Shown here: positions 51,082-60,730 of the stretch, piece by piece
Numbering within the stretch: the first letter of the stretch is position 1
How the letters are laid out: every line of letters begins with the position of its first letter
Origin: Spirochaetia bacterium
GTDB lineage: Bacteria; Spirochaetota; Spirochaetia; SZUA-6; Bin103
Direction: 5' to 3'
DNA: 64,000 nt
Assembly: GCA_965199955.1 (NCBI GenBank)
Contig: CBDATQ010000001.1
Coordinates: forward strand, 2,176,001 to 2,240,000
Notes under the pieces: generated by a model
Databases searched by the model: none
The model's input: only the letters and a program-made list of their open reading frames with translations
Told to the model about the DNA's origin: nothing
Made by a program: the position numbers and the translations under genes

Positions 51082-52586
51082 TCCACCCACCCCTGCAGGT
51101 ACCAGCGTCCGGTCAGCCGGTCGTGGTAGACCCACTCCAGCACGCCGTTCCGGGCTCGGACGATGTAGTAGGCGCGGTCGACGCCGCCCGGCAGCCGGGC
51201 GGCGCGGACGTGCCACCAGCCGCCGGAGATCAGGAAGGGGCCGCAGACGGCAGACCTCGGCGGCGGCACCTCGGACGGCTGCCGCAGCATCCGCCGCACC
51301 AGCCACCCCGTCGCCGTCGGCTCCCGGCCGCGGCACGCATCCGGCCGCGGCAGCACGACCTCTGCCACCGGCTGCCAGCGGAACTGCGCTTCCGGCAGAT
51401 GCTCATCGGAGAGCACGGCATGGACCACGGCATGATTTCCGAACTGGGCGCGGATGCGTGCCAGCGCCTCCGACCCGGCCGCCGGATCACGCTGCCTGAG
51501 CGTCCGGAACAGGGTCGCCTGATCCGCGTGCGCTCTCACGTGTTCGGCATCGACGGCCAGTTCATCGACCCCGGCGCTCAGGTCGAGCGCCGGCAGGCGG
51601 AGTTCGATCAGGTCTACCAGCGGACGCCGCTCGCAGGTGGGAGCGGCGGGACGAATCATTTCGTGGCGGTGCGATCCGTCCTCGAGCAACAGCCGCAGGT
51701 GCAGCGCCGCGACCGCCCGGTCCTCCTTCCGCAGGCGATCGAGCAGCGCATCGAGCAGGGCGTCGACGTGACGATGCAGGCGCCCGGCGTCGGTCTCCGC
51801 ATGCGACAGCCGCCTCCGGTGCAGGAACGGCGATGCCGGGACGTCGCCCTGCACCGGCAACTCGAGGTCACTGCGGACCGAGCGGTGACCCGCAGCCGCC
51901 TCGCCCCCGAAGCGCCGCAGCACCTCCGCGTAGGGGAGCCTGAGAAACGCATCGACCGTGGTGACGTCCAGTTTCTCCAGCAGGTCACGGGCTTCGGGAT
52001 CCAGCGGCAGCCGCTCCAGGGGAGCCTGCCTGGCGGCGTTGCGCTCGGCGGCGGCATCGCGTGCCACCAGCCAGCCGCGGCGCGCATCGCGCGCCAGCAG
52101 GAAAGTGCCGATGCGCGTGTAGCCGATGACGACCGTGGCGTCGAACCGCAACTCGCCCAGCCTGCGCCGGATGGTCCGGGCCAGCGCCGCGGGCGATGCG
52201 TGATGCCGCTGCAGGCCGGACACGTCCAGCCAGAACACGCCCGGCTCCGCGAACACGGCATCCGGCTCCGCATCTGCTCCCGAACCGGCCCCTTCGACGA
52301 AGGGGCTGATGGAGAGCAGGCGGTCGATGATCAGCTCGATGCCGGCTGCCACTTCCCCGGGGCCGACGGTGCCCGCCTGCAGGTCCGAAGCTAGCGAGAG
52401 CGACGCGGCGTAGCGCATTCCCACCCGCACCCCGGCGGCGCGCGCCCGCCGGTTCACCGACACCACGATGCCCAGCGGCTTGTCCTCGCTGACGACCGCC
52501 GCGGGCCGGTCATGCCAGTCGGGATGACGGCGGAGCAGCAGTTGCAGCAGGAACGAGCCGACGTCAACACACGCAGTACGGCGCAC
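51078..52586 (-). CDS. imuB: ImuB, inactive Y-family polymerase homologue
   Basis: Position between imuA and dnaE2; GVRVGM, HLPE, GPFLISGGWW, RAYY and WYLQGWVE. Confidence 0.88.
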   Translation of the reverse strand: MRRTACVDVGSFLLQLLLRRHPDWHDRPAAVVSEDKPLGIVVSVNRRARAAGVRVGMRYAASLSLASDLQAGTVGPGEVAAGIELIIDRLLSISPFVEGAGSGADAEPDAVFAEPGVFWLDVSGLQRHHASPAALARTIRRRLGELRFDATVVIGYTRIGTFLLARDARRGWLVARDAAAERNAARQAPLERLPLDPEARDLLEKLDVTTVDAFLRLPYAEVLRRFGGEAAAGHRSVRSDLELPVQGDVPASPFLHRRRLSHAETDAGRLHRHVDALLDALLDRLRKEDRAVAALHLRLLLEDGSHRHEMIRPAAPTCERRPLVDLIELRLPALDLSAGVDELAVDAEHVRAHADQATLFRTLRQRDPAAGSEALARIRAQFGNHAVVHAVLSDEHLPEAQFRWQPVAEVVLPRPDACRGREPTATGWLVRRMLRQPSEVPPPRSAVCGPFLISGGWWHVRAARLPGGVDRAYYIVRARNGVLEWVYHDRLTGRWYLQGWVE

Positions 52587-53274
52587 GGTAGGTGGTGTCC
52601 AGAGATCGTCCCGGCCCCCGCCGCCGGTCCTTGATCACGTCGATGCGGCACCGGAAGCGGTCGTGCCGCGGGGTGGCACAGCGCGCGCCCCGGCCGCGCA
52701 GCGACACCAGCGATCCCAGCTCGGTCCCGGGCGTGGTGAGGAAGAGCAGGGCGGTGTCGTGCTGCCGGGCCAGGCGCATCAGGCGACCCAGGACCGCCGT
52801 CGGGATGAACCGGCCGGCGTCCAGTTCCAGCAGGACCAGGCCGAACGCACCGGAGCGGGTCAGGCGCTCGGCGGCGGTGACCGAGGCGCGCAGGTCGGGT
52901 ACCTGCACGACCGGCAGCGCTGCCAGGTCGACCCCGGCCCGCACCAGGTCGGGCGGGAAGAAGAGGTCGGGGCTGACCGTGACCCAGGCCGTGGGCTCTG
53001 CCGATCGCTGGAACTCACGGACGATCGCGCAGGCCAGCGTCAGATGGACCTGCCGCGGGGCCGCGCAGAGCTCGCAGAGGCGGCCCGCCAGCTCTGCCGG
53101 TCCCCAGATGCCGGTCTGCCTCCGGGCTCCGGTCTGTCCGTCAGCGGCGGGTGCTCCCGAATCGACCGCGAGATCCGCAGCGCGCATCAGCCGGTATGGC
53201 TGTCCGTTCAGGACGCTGCTGCGTACGGGATTACCGCAGATCTGCAGGGCAGTGCGGGCATACCTGTTGAACAT
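52564..53274 (-). CDS. imuA: ImuA, RecA-like protein (start uncertain)
   Basis: GRLCEL, FFPPDL..AGVDL, RSGAFGLVLL and LGSLVSLR; cassette context. Confidence 0.8.
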   Translation of the reverse strand: MFNRYARTALQICGNPVRSSVLNGQPYRLMRAADLAVDSGAPAADGQTGARRQTGIWGPAELAGRLCELCAAPRQVHLTLACAIVREFQRSAEPTAWVTVSPDLFFPPDLVRAGVDLAALPVVQVPDLRASVTAAERLTRSGAFGLVLLELDAGRFIPTAVLGRLMRLARQHDTALLFLTTPGTELGSLVSLRGRGARCATPRHDRFRCRIDVIKDRRRGPGRSLDTTYRAPYCVC

Positions 53275-53281
53275 GGTACGA

Positions 53282-53315
53282 AGACAAATATATTATTATA
53301 ATAATACATTTGTCT
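53282..53315 (-). promoter_or_regulatory. imuA promoter/operator: near-perfect 34-bp palindrome
   Basis: AGACAAATATATTATTATAATAATACATTTGTCT; the minus strand reads TAGACA-N18-TATATT. Confidence 0.7.
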
Positions 53316-53343
53316 ATTATTGGATCGGATGTCGCCGCCGACG

Positions 53344-53982
53344 TCAACCCACGGGCGCCGATCCCTCCAGATAGCGACGCACCTCGATCACCCTGCCCAG
53401 AATCCGTACCTGATCCGGGGCGGGCGTGATGGGATCGAACGCCGGGTTGGCCGGGTGCAGTTCGATCCTGCCAGCCCGCACCTTCAGCCGCTTCACTGTC
53501 GCGTCGTCCTCCACCAGGGCGACGACGATGTCGCCGGAGCGGGCGGCGTCCTGCCGATGCACGATCACCACGTCTCCCGGCAGGATGGCGGCATCGCGCA
53601 TGCTGTCTCCGCGGACCCGCAAGGCGAACAGCTCGCTACGGGCCGAGGACGACTGCACCGCGACGAAACCCTCCGGATCCTCGACCGCCGTGGTGAAGGC
53701 GCCCGCCTGCACGCGGCCCACCAGGGGGATCAGGACGGTGGGGTGGCCGGAGCCGGCCGGCAACCGGTAGCCGCGCGCCTTGCCCGGCTCCTTGTCCAGC
53801 AACCCGTCGCGCACCAGCGCCTCCAGGTGCTCTCGCGCGGACTGCACGGCGCGAAAGCCGAAGTGCTCCTGCACCTCCCGGGTCGTCGGCGGCGAGCCGG
53901 CCAGGATGCGGTCACGCACGAACAGGAAGATGCGGCGCCTGCGTCCGGAGGATCGTGACCGCGGCCGATCGGCGTCGAGCAT
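53344..53982 (-). CDS. lexA: SOS repressor LexA
   Basis: PPTTREVQEHFGF HTH, VQAG cleavage site, GDSM Ser and TVKR Lys. Confidence 0.95.
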   Translation of the reverse strand: MLDADRPRSRSSGRRRRIFLFVRDRILAGSPPTTREVQEHFGFRAVQSAREHLEALVRDGLLDKEPGKARGYRLPAGSGHPTVLIPLVGRVQAGAFTTAVEDPEGFVAVQSSSARSELFALRVRGDSMRDAAILPGDVVIVHRQDAARSGDIVVALVEDDATVKRLKVRAGRIELHPANPAFDPITPAPDQVRILGRVIEVRRYLEGSAPVG

Positions 53983-53992
53983 GATTGTCGAA

Positions 53993-54020
53993 TTGACAGA
54001 CATACGTCTTTTCTTGTCAA
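53993..54020 (-). promoter_or_regulatory. lexA promoter with candidate operator AGAC-N4-GTCT
   Basis: TTGACAGACATACGTCTTTTCTTGTCAA has TTGACA on both strands and AGACATACGTCT inside. Confidence 0.65.
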
Positions 54021-54104
54021 CATCCGTTCGCATGGATTTCGTACGAGTCGATCGCCGGCCGGGTGCGCTGCGTGCGGTATCGAGTGCGGGGTACGATTGA
54101 ATCG

Positions 54105-55035
54105 ATGGTCAGGCGCAGGCTGCCGATCGGCATGCAGACGTTCCGCGATCTGCGGGAGCTGGACTGCTACTACGTGGACAAGACGGCGTACATCCAACGA
54201 CTGTTGCACGCTGGTAAGCACTACTTCCTGTCGCGGCCGCGGCGGTTCGGCAAGAGCCTGATCCTGGACACGCTGAAGGAGGTGTTCGAGGGCAATCAGG
54301 CGCTGTTCTCGGAGCTGAACAACCTCACCCTCGATCGGCGCTATTCGGCGATCTGCGGCTACACCGAGGGGGATCTGGATGCGGTGTTCGCGCCGGAACT
54401 GGCCGGCCTGGACCGGGAGCGGGTCCGCGACTGGTACAATGCTACCGCTGGCGCGGCGCGGACAAGGTGTACAACCCCTACGACGTGCTGTTGCTGTTCG
54501 ACAGCCGCGAGTTCAAGGCGCACTGGTTCGAGACCGGGACGCCCGCGTTTCTGGTGGACACCCTGCTCGAGCGCCAGATCGCCTCCGTGTCGCTGAACGA
54601 AATGATGAGCACGGAGGACCTGCTGTCGGCGTTCGACGTCGAACGCATCGGCACCGAGGCGCTACTGTTCCAGACCGGCTACTGACGATCACGGGCGAGG
54701 AGGAGCTGGGCGGCATGCCGCACCTCCCGGCTGGGCTATCCCAACCGGGAGGTGCGGCAAAGCCTGAACCGCGTTCTGTTGCGCCATCTGGTGCAGGTGG
54801 TGGAGGAGTCCAGCAGCCACGGGCGGCTGGACATGACGGTGCGGACCGGGGGCACGTGTACCTGTTCGAATTCAAGGTGGTGGAGCTGTCGGCGCCGGGA
54901 TCGGCGCTGGCTCAGTTGCAGGAGCGGGACTACGCGGCCAAGTACCTCGGCCGGGGCGAGCCGATCCACCTGATCGGGGTGGAGTTCAGCCACCAGACGC
55001 GCAACGTGACCGCGTTCGAGGTGGCCGACGGCTGA
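54105..55035 (+). pseudogene. AAA-ATPase-like + PD-(D/E)XK nuclease protein, deleted and frameshifted
   Basis: LPIGMQTF, YYVDKT, RPRRFGKSL, YNPYDVL, WFETGTP, GRLDM and YLFEFK..ALAQL. Confidence 0.82.
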
Positions 55036-55053
55036 CGGGCCTCGTCCGGCGCC

Positions 55054-56049
55054 TCACTGGGCATCGGCAGCTTCTGACGCGTCCGGCAGGTCGACCAGCG
55101 GTGCTGCCACCAGAAGGTCGGGGTCGACGGCCACGCTGGCGGCGCGCACCTCCCAGTGCAGGTGCGGTCCCGTGGCCAGACCGGTGCTGCCGACGGTGCC
55201 GATCGGGTCTCCGGCGAACACGCGCTGGCCTTCCCGCACCGCAAGGTCGTCCAGGTGGTAGTACAGCGAGTAGACCCCGGGCAGATGCTCGATCACGACC
55301 GTGAACCCGGTGACGATCCGTTCGCGGGCCATCGCCACCGTGCCGCCGCCGGCGGCGGCCACCACCGTGCCGGTCGGAACACCGAAGTCCACGCCGTTGT
55401 GGATGGTGGTGGCGGTGTTGCCGTCGGCATAGCGGTAGAGCCTGCGGTCACCGAAGCCGCCCGTGCGCCGCACGTCGCCCAGCGGCAGCCGCAACGGCCC
55501 GTAGTGCGGCCATTCGACCGGCCGCGACGCGTTCAGGAGCAGCCAGAGATCCCACGACTCCGCCTTGCGGCGCGGGTCGGTCGTGCGCCGCAGGTTGGAG
55601 AGACTGGTGTTCAGCGCGATCTCCTCGACCGCGAACTCGCGCTCGTCGATGATGATCGACTGCTCGTGCAGTACGCGCGCAGCCTCCTCCGGGGCGCTGC
55701 CGGTGAATCGCCCGGAGACCGTCAGGCGCGCCGAGCCCGAGGGCGCGGTGCTGGGGATCCCGAGCACCGCCGCCCAGGTCGTTCCGGCCAGTCCCCGGCG
55801 AACCGCGAACCCGTGACCGACGACCCGTTCTCCGTCCTCCAACTCCACCGCGAGCTCAAGCTCGACAAGCGGCGCGGCGCTCGTCACGTGGGTGCTCAGC
55901 GGATCACCCGGGGCCAGCGTGTCCGGCGCATGAAGCACTTCGACGGGAAGCGCCGGCGCCGAGCCCGACTGCGCGGCAAGCGACGCGGCAACCGCGACCA
56001 CGCCGGCGGCCGCTGCCAGCGTCCTCCAACGGTGGCGCACGCGTACCAT
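55054..56049 (-). CDS. M23 family metallopeptidase
   Basis: Signal-like N-terminus, HNGVD, YYHL and TGPHLHWE. Confidence 0.88.
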   Translation of the reverse strand: MVRVRHRWRTLAAAAGVVAVAASLAAQSGSAPALPVEVLHAPDTLAPGDPLSTHVTSAAPLVELELAVELEDGERVVGHGFAVRRGLAGTTWAAVLGIPSTAPSGSARLTVSGRFTGSAPEEAARVLHEQSIIIDEREFAVEEIALNTSLSNLRRTTDPRRKAESWDLWLLLNASRPVEWPHYGPLRLPLGDVRRTGGFGDRRLYRYADGNTATTIHNGVDFGVPTGTVVAAAGGGTVAMARERIVTGFTVVIEHLPGVYSLYYHLDDLAVREGQRVFAGDPIGTVGSTGLATGPHLHWEVRAASVAVDPDLLVAAPLVDLPDASEAADAQ

Positions 56050-56337
56050 GGCTGCCGATGGGCGCTCGATCAGCCGGGCGCTACCGCTGGGGGCGGGGAG
56101 CGGTTAGGTCGCGCCACCGCAGGGGCGGGGGAGCGGCCGAGCCCTTGATGAACGACCGGAAGTTGACGAGCGCTGCGGTTGCCCACGCGACTCCCGCAAG
56201 GAAGGAGCCGGCTATGGAGCATGATAGGGAACCGGTCCACAAGACGGTGAGGGCGATCATCGCCCCGCTACCGACCCCGAAGTTCGTCCCCGCCAGCAGG
56301 CTGGCCAAGGCCGCCGCGGCGACCGACCATGTCTTCG

Positions 56338-56365
56338 CGCTCGGGACATCAGAGTGTCCCGAGCG
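56338..56365 (-). terminator. 11-bp stem-loop after the MlrC gene
   Basis: CGCTCGGGACA-TCAGAG-TGTCCCGAGCG, 4 nt from the stop codon. Confidence 0.55.
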
Positions 56366-56369
56366 TACC

Positions 56370-57836
56370 TCAGATCGGGTCGATGGGGTACACCGGGCGG
56401 CCCAGGTTGCGGTAGCGGATATGCGTTGGGTCGTGGACGCTCGGCTCGTTCACGGTGCGGATGACGCCCGCGAACGGCTCGAAGTGGGCGCGGAAGTGGC
56501 CGGTCGACTTCAGGCCGATGTAGCGCATCCGCCGCGGCTGGAGTCCCAGGCTGCGGGCTAGCGCCGAGTCGAACGGCTGGTCGCGGTAGGTGACGATGAT
56601 CACGTGCACACCTTCGCTGCGCACGTGCGCGGACGGCCCGAGGGTGGTGGAGAGGCCGGCGAGCATGGGGCCGTCGTAGGTGTAGGCGCCGTCGGAGACG
56701 GCCACCACCTGCCATTCCGCTTCCACCGGCTCGCCCTGCGCGGGATCGGACTTGCCGCCCAGGGCCATGCGCAGCGTGGCTCCCGCTCCGGCGCGATGGC
56801 ACGTTCGGGCCGCCGCCGGGTCGACGATGTAGAGCACGCAGGCATCTTCCAGCGAGCGCTCGATGAAGGTTCGGAGCATGCCGGTGCTGTCGCCGGGCGA
56901 GCCGCCGCCGCAGTTGTCGTTGCTGTCGGCTATCACGATCGGGTGGGGGCCGGTGCCGCCGATCTCGTCCAGCACCGCCGCGGTCGTGGGGACGGCCATC
57001 TGCCAGTCGGCGCGCCGCGCGAAGATCCACTCCGCCAGCTCGTCGGCGCTGCGCTGCGCCAGGGCTTGGTCGCCGTCGGTGATCACGGTGACCGAGGAGC
57101 CCACGTGGGGAGCGTCGGCGAGCGGAAAGCAGGTGGAGATCGACGCGTACAGGATGCCGGGGCGCCCCTCGATCTCGTGCAGGCGCTCGATCACCTGCCT
57201 CATCGGCGGATGCGCGGTGATCTGGTTCTTGCCCCAGATCATTGGCAGCGGCGCCAGCGCCATGGCCGGCCGCACGCCGTCGCGCAGCACCTGCGCCATC
57301 AGGTCGGCGCACTCGCGGCCGCGCTCGGCCTGGTCGATCTCCGGATAGGTCTCGCGCACGATGATGCCGTCGGCGAGCTCGACCATCTCCGCCGAGACGT
57401 TCGAGTGGATGTCGAGCTGGACGACGATCGGCAGCGCGCCGACCGCCCGCCGGACGGCGCGCAGGATGGCGCCGTCGGCATCGTCCTCGCCCTCCGCGAT
57501 CATGGAGCCGTGCAGTTCCAGCAGCACGCCCTGGATGCTGCCGGCGGCGGTGATCCGTTCGACCAGGTCGTCCACCACACGCGCGAAGTCGGCGGCCGGC
57601 AGCGGCCCGCCGGGATGCGCCTCCCAGTAGATCGTGGGGACCAGTTCGAAGCCGTGATGCTCGCCGCCCTCGATGAAGCCGCCGATCGGGGTGTTGCTGC
57701 CGCGGAAGTCCGTGAAGAGGTCATCGCCTCGTACGTACCCGAACCGCTCCTCGGCGCTCGCCAGCGTGGTCGGCACCGGGCTGAAGGCGCTCGTCTCGTG
57801 TGCGATGCAGCCGAAGACGATCCGTTCGCCGGCCAT
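56370..57836 (-). CDS. M81/MlrC family metallopeptidase
   Basis: HETSAFSP, LHGSM, LDIHSN, TYPEID, DNCGGG and KSTGHFRA. Confidence 0.9.
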   Translation of the reverse strand: MAGERIVFGCIAHETSAFSPVPTTLASAEERFGYVRGDDLFTDFRGSNTPIGGFIEGGEHHGFELVPTIYWEAHPGGPLPAADFARVVDDLVERITAAGSIQGVLLELHGSMIAEGEDDADGAILRAVRRAVGALPIVVQLDIHSNVSAEMVELADGIIVRETYPEIDQAERGRECADLMAQVLRDGVRPAMALAPLPMIWGKNQITAHPPMRQVIERLHEIEGRPGILYASISTCFPLADAPHVGSSVTVITDGDQALAQRSADELAEWIFARRADWQMAVPTTAAVLDEIGGTGPHPIVIADSNDNCGGGSPGDSTGMLRTFIERSLEDACVLYIVDPAAARTCHRAGAGATLRMALGGKSDPAQGEPVEAEWQVVAVSDGAYTYDGPMLAGLSTTLGPSAHVRSEGVHVIIVTYRDQPFDSALARSLGLQPRRMRYIGLKSTGHFRAHFEPFAGVIRTVNEPSVHDPTHIRYRNLGRPVYPIDPI

Positions 57837-57837
57837 G

Positions 57838-59190
57838 TCAGCTCACCGCCACCGGCGCCGCCGCACCGCCCGGCCGCGCCCGCAGACCCTCGGCGACCCG
57901 GGTCAGGATCGCGACTGCCGCCACGATGCCGGCGGAGGCGATGGCGAACACGACGCCGTAGGCGACCGCCGGCGAGCTGCCGAGCACCAGGCCCACGTCG
58001 CGGATCAGTCCTCCGGCGCTGATGCCGACGCCGCGAAACACCACCTGAGCGATCGTCCACAGGCCGAGCTCCGCGCCGGCCTGCTGGTCCGTGGTCATTG
58101 CCGCCATCAAGGAAAGCCCTCCGAAGGTATACACGCCGAAGCCGGCACCATAGGCGATGAGCGCGGTAATGACCAGCACGCTCATGCGCGCGAACGCTGC
58201 CGCCGCCAGCAGCGCCATGCCGGCCGCCATGAAGCACAGTCCGGCGCCGGCGATGCCGCCCTGCCGCTCCGGGGGACGGTTGCGCCACAGCGCCATGCTA
58301 GCCACCAGCGTCAGCAGCGTGGGCGCCAGCCACACCGTGTTGAGGCGCGTGGTCTGCCCCAGGCTGAGCTCCAGCACCTCCGCCCCGAACGGTTCGAGCA
58401 CCGCCTCCTGCAGCCACGCGGCCACGGCGGCCACCGACAGGAACAGGAAGAAGCGGATCTTGCTCCGGTCGCCGAGCAACATGCGCAGGCGCTCCCGGAG
58501 CGGCCGGTCGTGCGGCTGCACGGGCTCGCCCGCGGCGCGCAACTCCGCCTGCACGCGGCGTTCGACGCCGGCGATCGACACCAGCCAGAACAGGCCGCCG
58601 ACGCCGGTGGTGAGTGCCACCATGCGCCAGAACAGGCGCAGCTCGTAGTGCTCCATCAGCAGGCCGAAGCCCAGCGCCGCCAGCGGAAAGCAGGCGATCA
58701 GCACCGTCTCCACGATCGCGATGGCCATGCCCTGCTTCTCCTCGGGAGCAGAGTGTCGCACCAGCGCCAGGAAGGGACTTCCGGAGATCAGGCCGCCGAC
58801 CCCGTAGGAGAGAAATCCGGCGATCACGATCAGCCAGCCGACCAGCGCCTGGCCTCTGCCGAACCATGCCAGGCTGACGCCGATCAGCCCCAGGCCGATC
58901 ATCATCAGCGCGCGGCCGGCCCAGATGAAGCGGGTGCGGCCGTACGGCGCGGCCGCGGAGATGTCGCTGCGCGCGCCGGCCCAGAGGCTCAACGGCGACA
59001 GCAGGTAGCGCAGGCCGAGCAGCAGCGCCACCGGCCACGCCATGAAGCCGAAGTGGCTGATCAGGACGCGGTTGAGCACGCTGGAAACCAGCACGTCGCT
59101 CATCGCCGAGCCGATGTGAAAGGTGCCGAGCCGCAGCGTGCGCGCGGTGCGGAACCGCCGTTCCGCGGCCGGTGGGCTGCTATCGTTCAT
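57838..59190 (-). CDS. BCD/PucC-family MFS transporter
   Basis: LRLGTF, VLNRVLI, RTRFIW, LEPFGAEVL and GLWT..Q..RG..GG.IRD. Confidence 0.8.
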   Translation of the reverse strand: MNDSSPPAAERRFRTARTLRLGTFHIGSAMSDVLVSSVLNRVLISHFGFMAWPVALLLGLRYLLSPLSLWAGARSDISAAAPYGRTRFIWAGRALMMIGLGLIGVSLAWFGRGQALVGWLIVIAGFLSYGVGGLISGSPFLALVRHSAPEEKQGMAIAIVETVLIACFPLAALGFGLLMEHYELRLFWRMVALTTGVGGLFWLVSIAGVERRVQAELRAAGEPVQPHDRPLRERLRMLLGDRSKIRFFLFLSVAAVAAWLQEAVLEPFGAEVLELSLGQTTRLNTVWLAPTLLTLVASMALWRNRPPERQGGIAGAGLCFMAAGMALLAAAAFARMSVLVITALIAYGAGFGVYTFGGLSLMAAMTTDQQAGAELGLWTIAQVVFRGVGISAGGLIRDVGLVLGSSPAVAYGVVFAIASAGIVAAVAILTRVAEGLRARPGGAAAPVAVS

Positions 59191-60628
59191 CGGCGCCGCC
59201 GCCATCGCCGTCGCCGCGGGACATCCGATCGACCAGCTCCGCGGCCGGAGCGATCAGCAGATCGCCGGCAGGCTCCCGGTACTGGGTCAGGTACCGGGTG
59301 TGGCGGTAGAAGGCGCTCATGTACTCGTTTCCGGCCAGGTCGCGTGCGCCGGGAATATACGCCCATCTCGCCGTTCCGGGGTCATCCGGCCACGCCGCGC
59401 CGCAACAGCAGGCGAACATGAACCGGGTCGAAGCCGTGTGCTCGCGTACCGACAGCCCGATGCTGCCGAACACCTCGGCCCAGGTCGCGACGAGCGCGAA
59501 GCCGCCGACCCCGTGACCGTGGAGGCGGAGATCGACATGCGTCCGGATCGGGGCATCGGATTCGCGCGCCCGCCCGGCCCACGCGACCCAGTCCTCGATG
59601 CGCCGCAGGTACGCCTCCCGGAACTCGAGCGAGGTGTCGTCGGGCAGGTTGTAGCCCAGCCCGGTCCGCGTCGCCTGCAGGTCGGCTTCCTGCACGGCGG
59701 CGAAGAATCGATCCAGCTCGGCCCGTGCGGCGGCCAACTCTTCCGGCCCGGGCAATTCCCGCAACGGCAGGCGCACGGTCACGGCACCGGTCGTGAGCGT
59801 GCGGCCGGGCAGGGGACGTGCGGCGTCGACCAGCTCCTTCAGGCACGAACCGAGCAGGCGCCCCTCGGTCCGCGCCACCTCGTCGCCGGCGAACATGTGC
59901 TTGAGAGCGACGTCGGCCTTGGCGCCCTGCAGGTAGAGCACCGGGAACTCCAGTGCGATCGCGTCCGCCAGGGCCATGCAGGCGTAGCCGTTCACGTCCG
60001 GGCTGATGACCGGGTCGGTCAGGGAGGTGGCGATGCAGGGGTCGCCCGCGTACTGGACCACCGCCGCCATCGGGCGCCCGTCGGCGCAGCGGTCCACGCG
60101 CAGAACGGCCAGGCGCGGATCGATCAGTCCCACCGGCTGCGGCCGGGCGACGCGATCGGGCTCGCGCCGGAAGAACGTGGTGCCGTCGGCGGCGACCCCC
60201 TTGCGGTTGTACTGCAGCCGCGGCCAGCTCCCCTCCGCGAACGCGACACGGGCGGGCGCCAGGTCCGCGGCGGACGCGGCGGCGGCGGCCGCGATCCCGT
60301 CGAGCAAGCGATCGTGTTGCAGCCCGCGCGCAACGTCCGGGAACGGCACGGGCGTGGAGAGGTTGCGGGTGCAGGCGATCACGAGCGCGTCCGGGGCGAT
60401 GCCGGCGGCCGTCCGCACCGCGTCGGCGATGGCCTCCTGCAGCTCTACGGTGACGTAGCAGACGTTGAGGCTGAGCCACGCGACCCGCTGCGCCCGGTCC
60501 TCCAGCAGCAGCAACGCCCCCCGCAGCGGGCCCAGGACGGCGGCAGCGCCGCGCTCCAGCGGATCCGGGACCGGGACGCCGGTAGACGGCGTGAAGTCGA
60601 TCGGCCGCGCAGCGGCGTGCAGGGACAT
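59180..60628 (-). CDS. Neutral/alkaline ceramidase N-terminal-like protein with degenerate His ligands
   Basis: IDFTP, IACTRNLSTP, YNR, IDPRL.VLR, ISPD, LQGAKAD and YIP. Confidence 0.65.
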   Translation of the reverse strand: MSLHAAARPIDFTPSTGVPVPDPLERGAAAVLGPLRGALLLLEDRAQRVAWLSLNVCYVTVELQEAIADAVRTAAGIAPDALVIACTRNLSTPVPFPDVARGLQHDRLLDGIAAAAAASAADLAPARVAFAEGSWPRLQYNRKGVAADGTTFFRREPDRVARPQPVGLIDPRLAVLRVDRCADGRPMAAVVQYAGDPCIATSLTDPVISPDVNGYACMALADAIALEFPVLYLQGAKADVALKHMFAGDEVARTEGRLLGSCLKELVDAARPLPGRTLTTGAVTVRLPLRELPGPEELAAARAELDRFFAAVQEADLQATRTGLGYNLPDDTSLEFREAYLRRIEDWVAWAGRARESDAPIRTHVDLRLHGHGVGGFALVATWAEVFGSIGLSVREHTASTRFMFACCCGAAWPDDPGTARWAYIPGARDLAGNEYMSAFYRHTRYLTQYREPAGDLLIAPAAELVDRMSRGDGDGGGADER

Positions 60629-60730
60629 CGCCCGCGAGTGTACGCGCCGGGGGTCCGGTCTCCAAGGCCGCGGGACATACAGCCGTGCCGGTGGTGGGCA
60701 TGCAGCCGCGGCGCCGGTAATATCCGCGCC

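Noticed and set aside
56081..56308. Hydrophobic 75-aa ORF between the M23 and MlrC genes
   Set aside because: No convincing start or RBS and no recognisable family; it may be a relic but I cannot support it.
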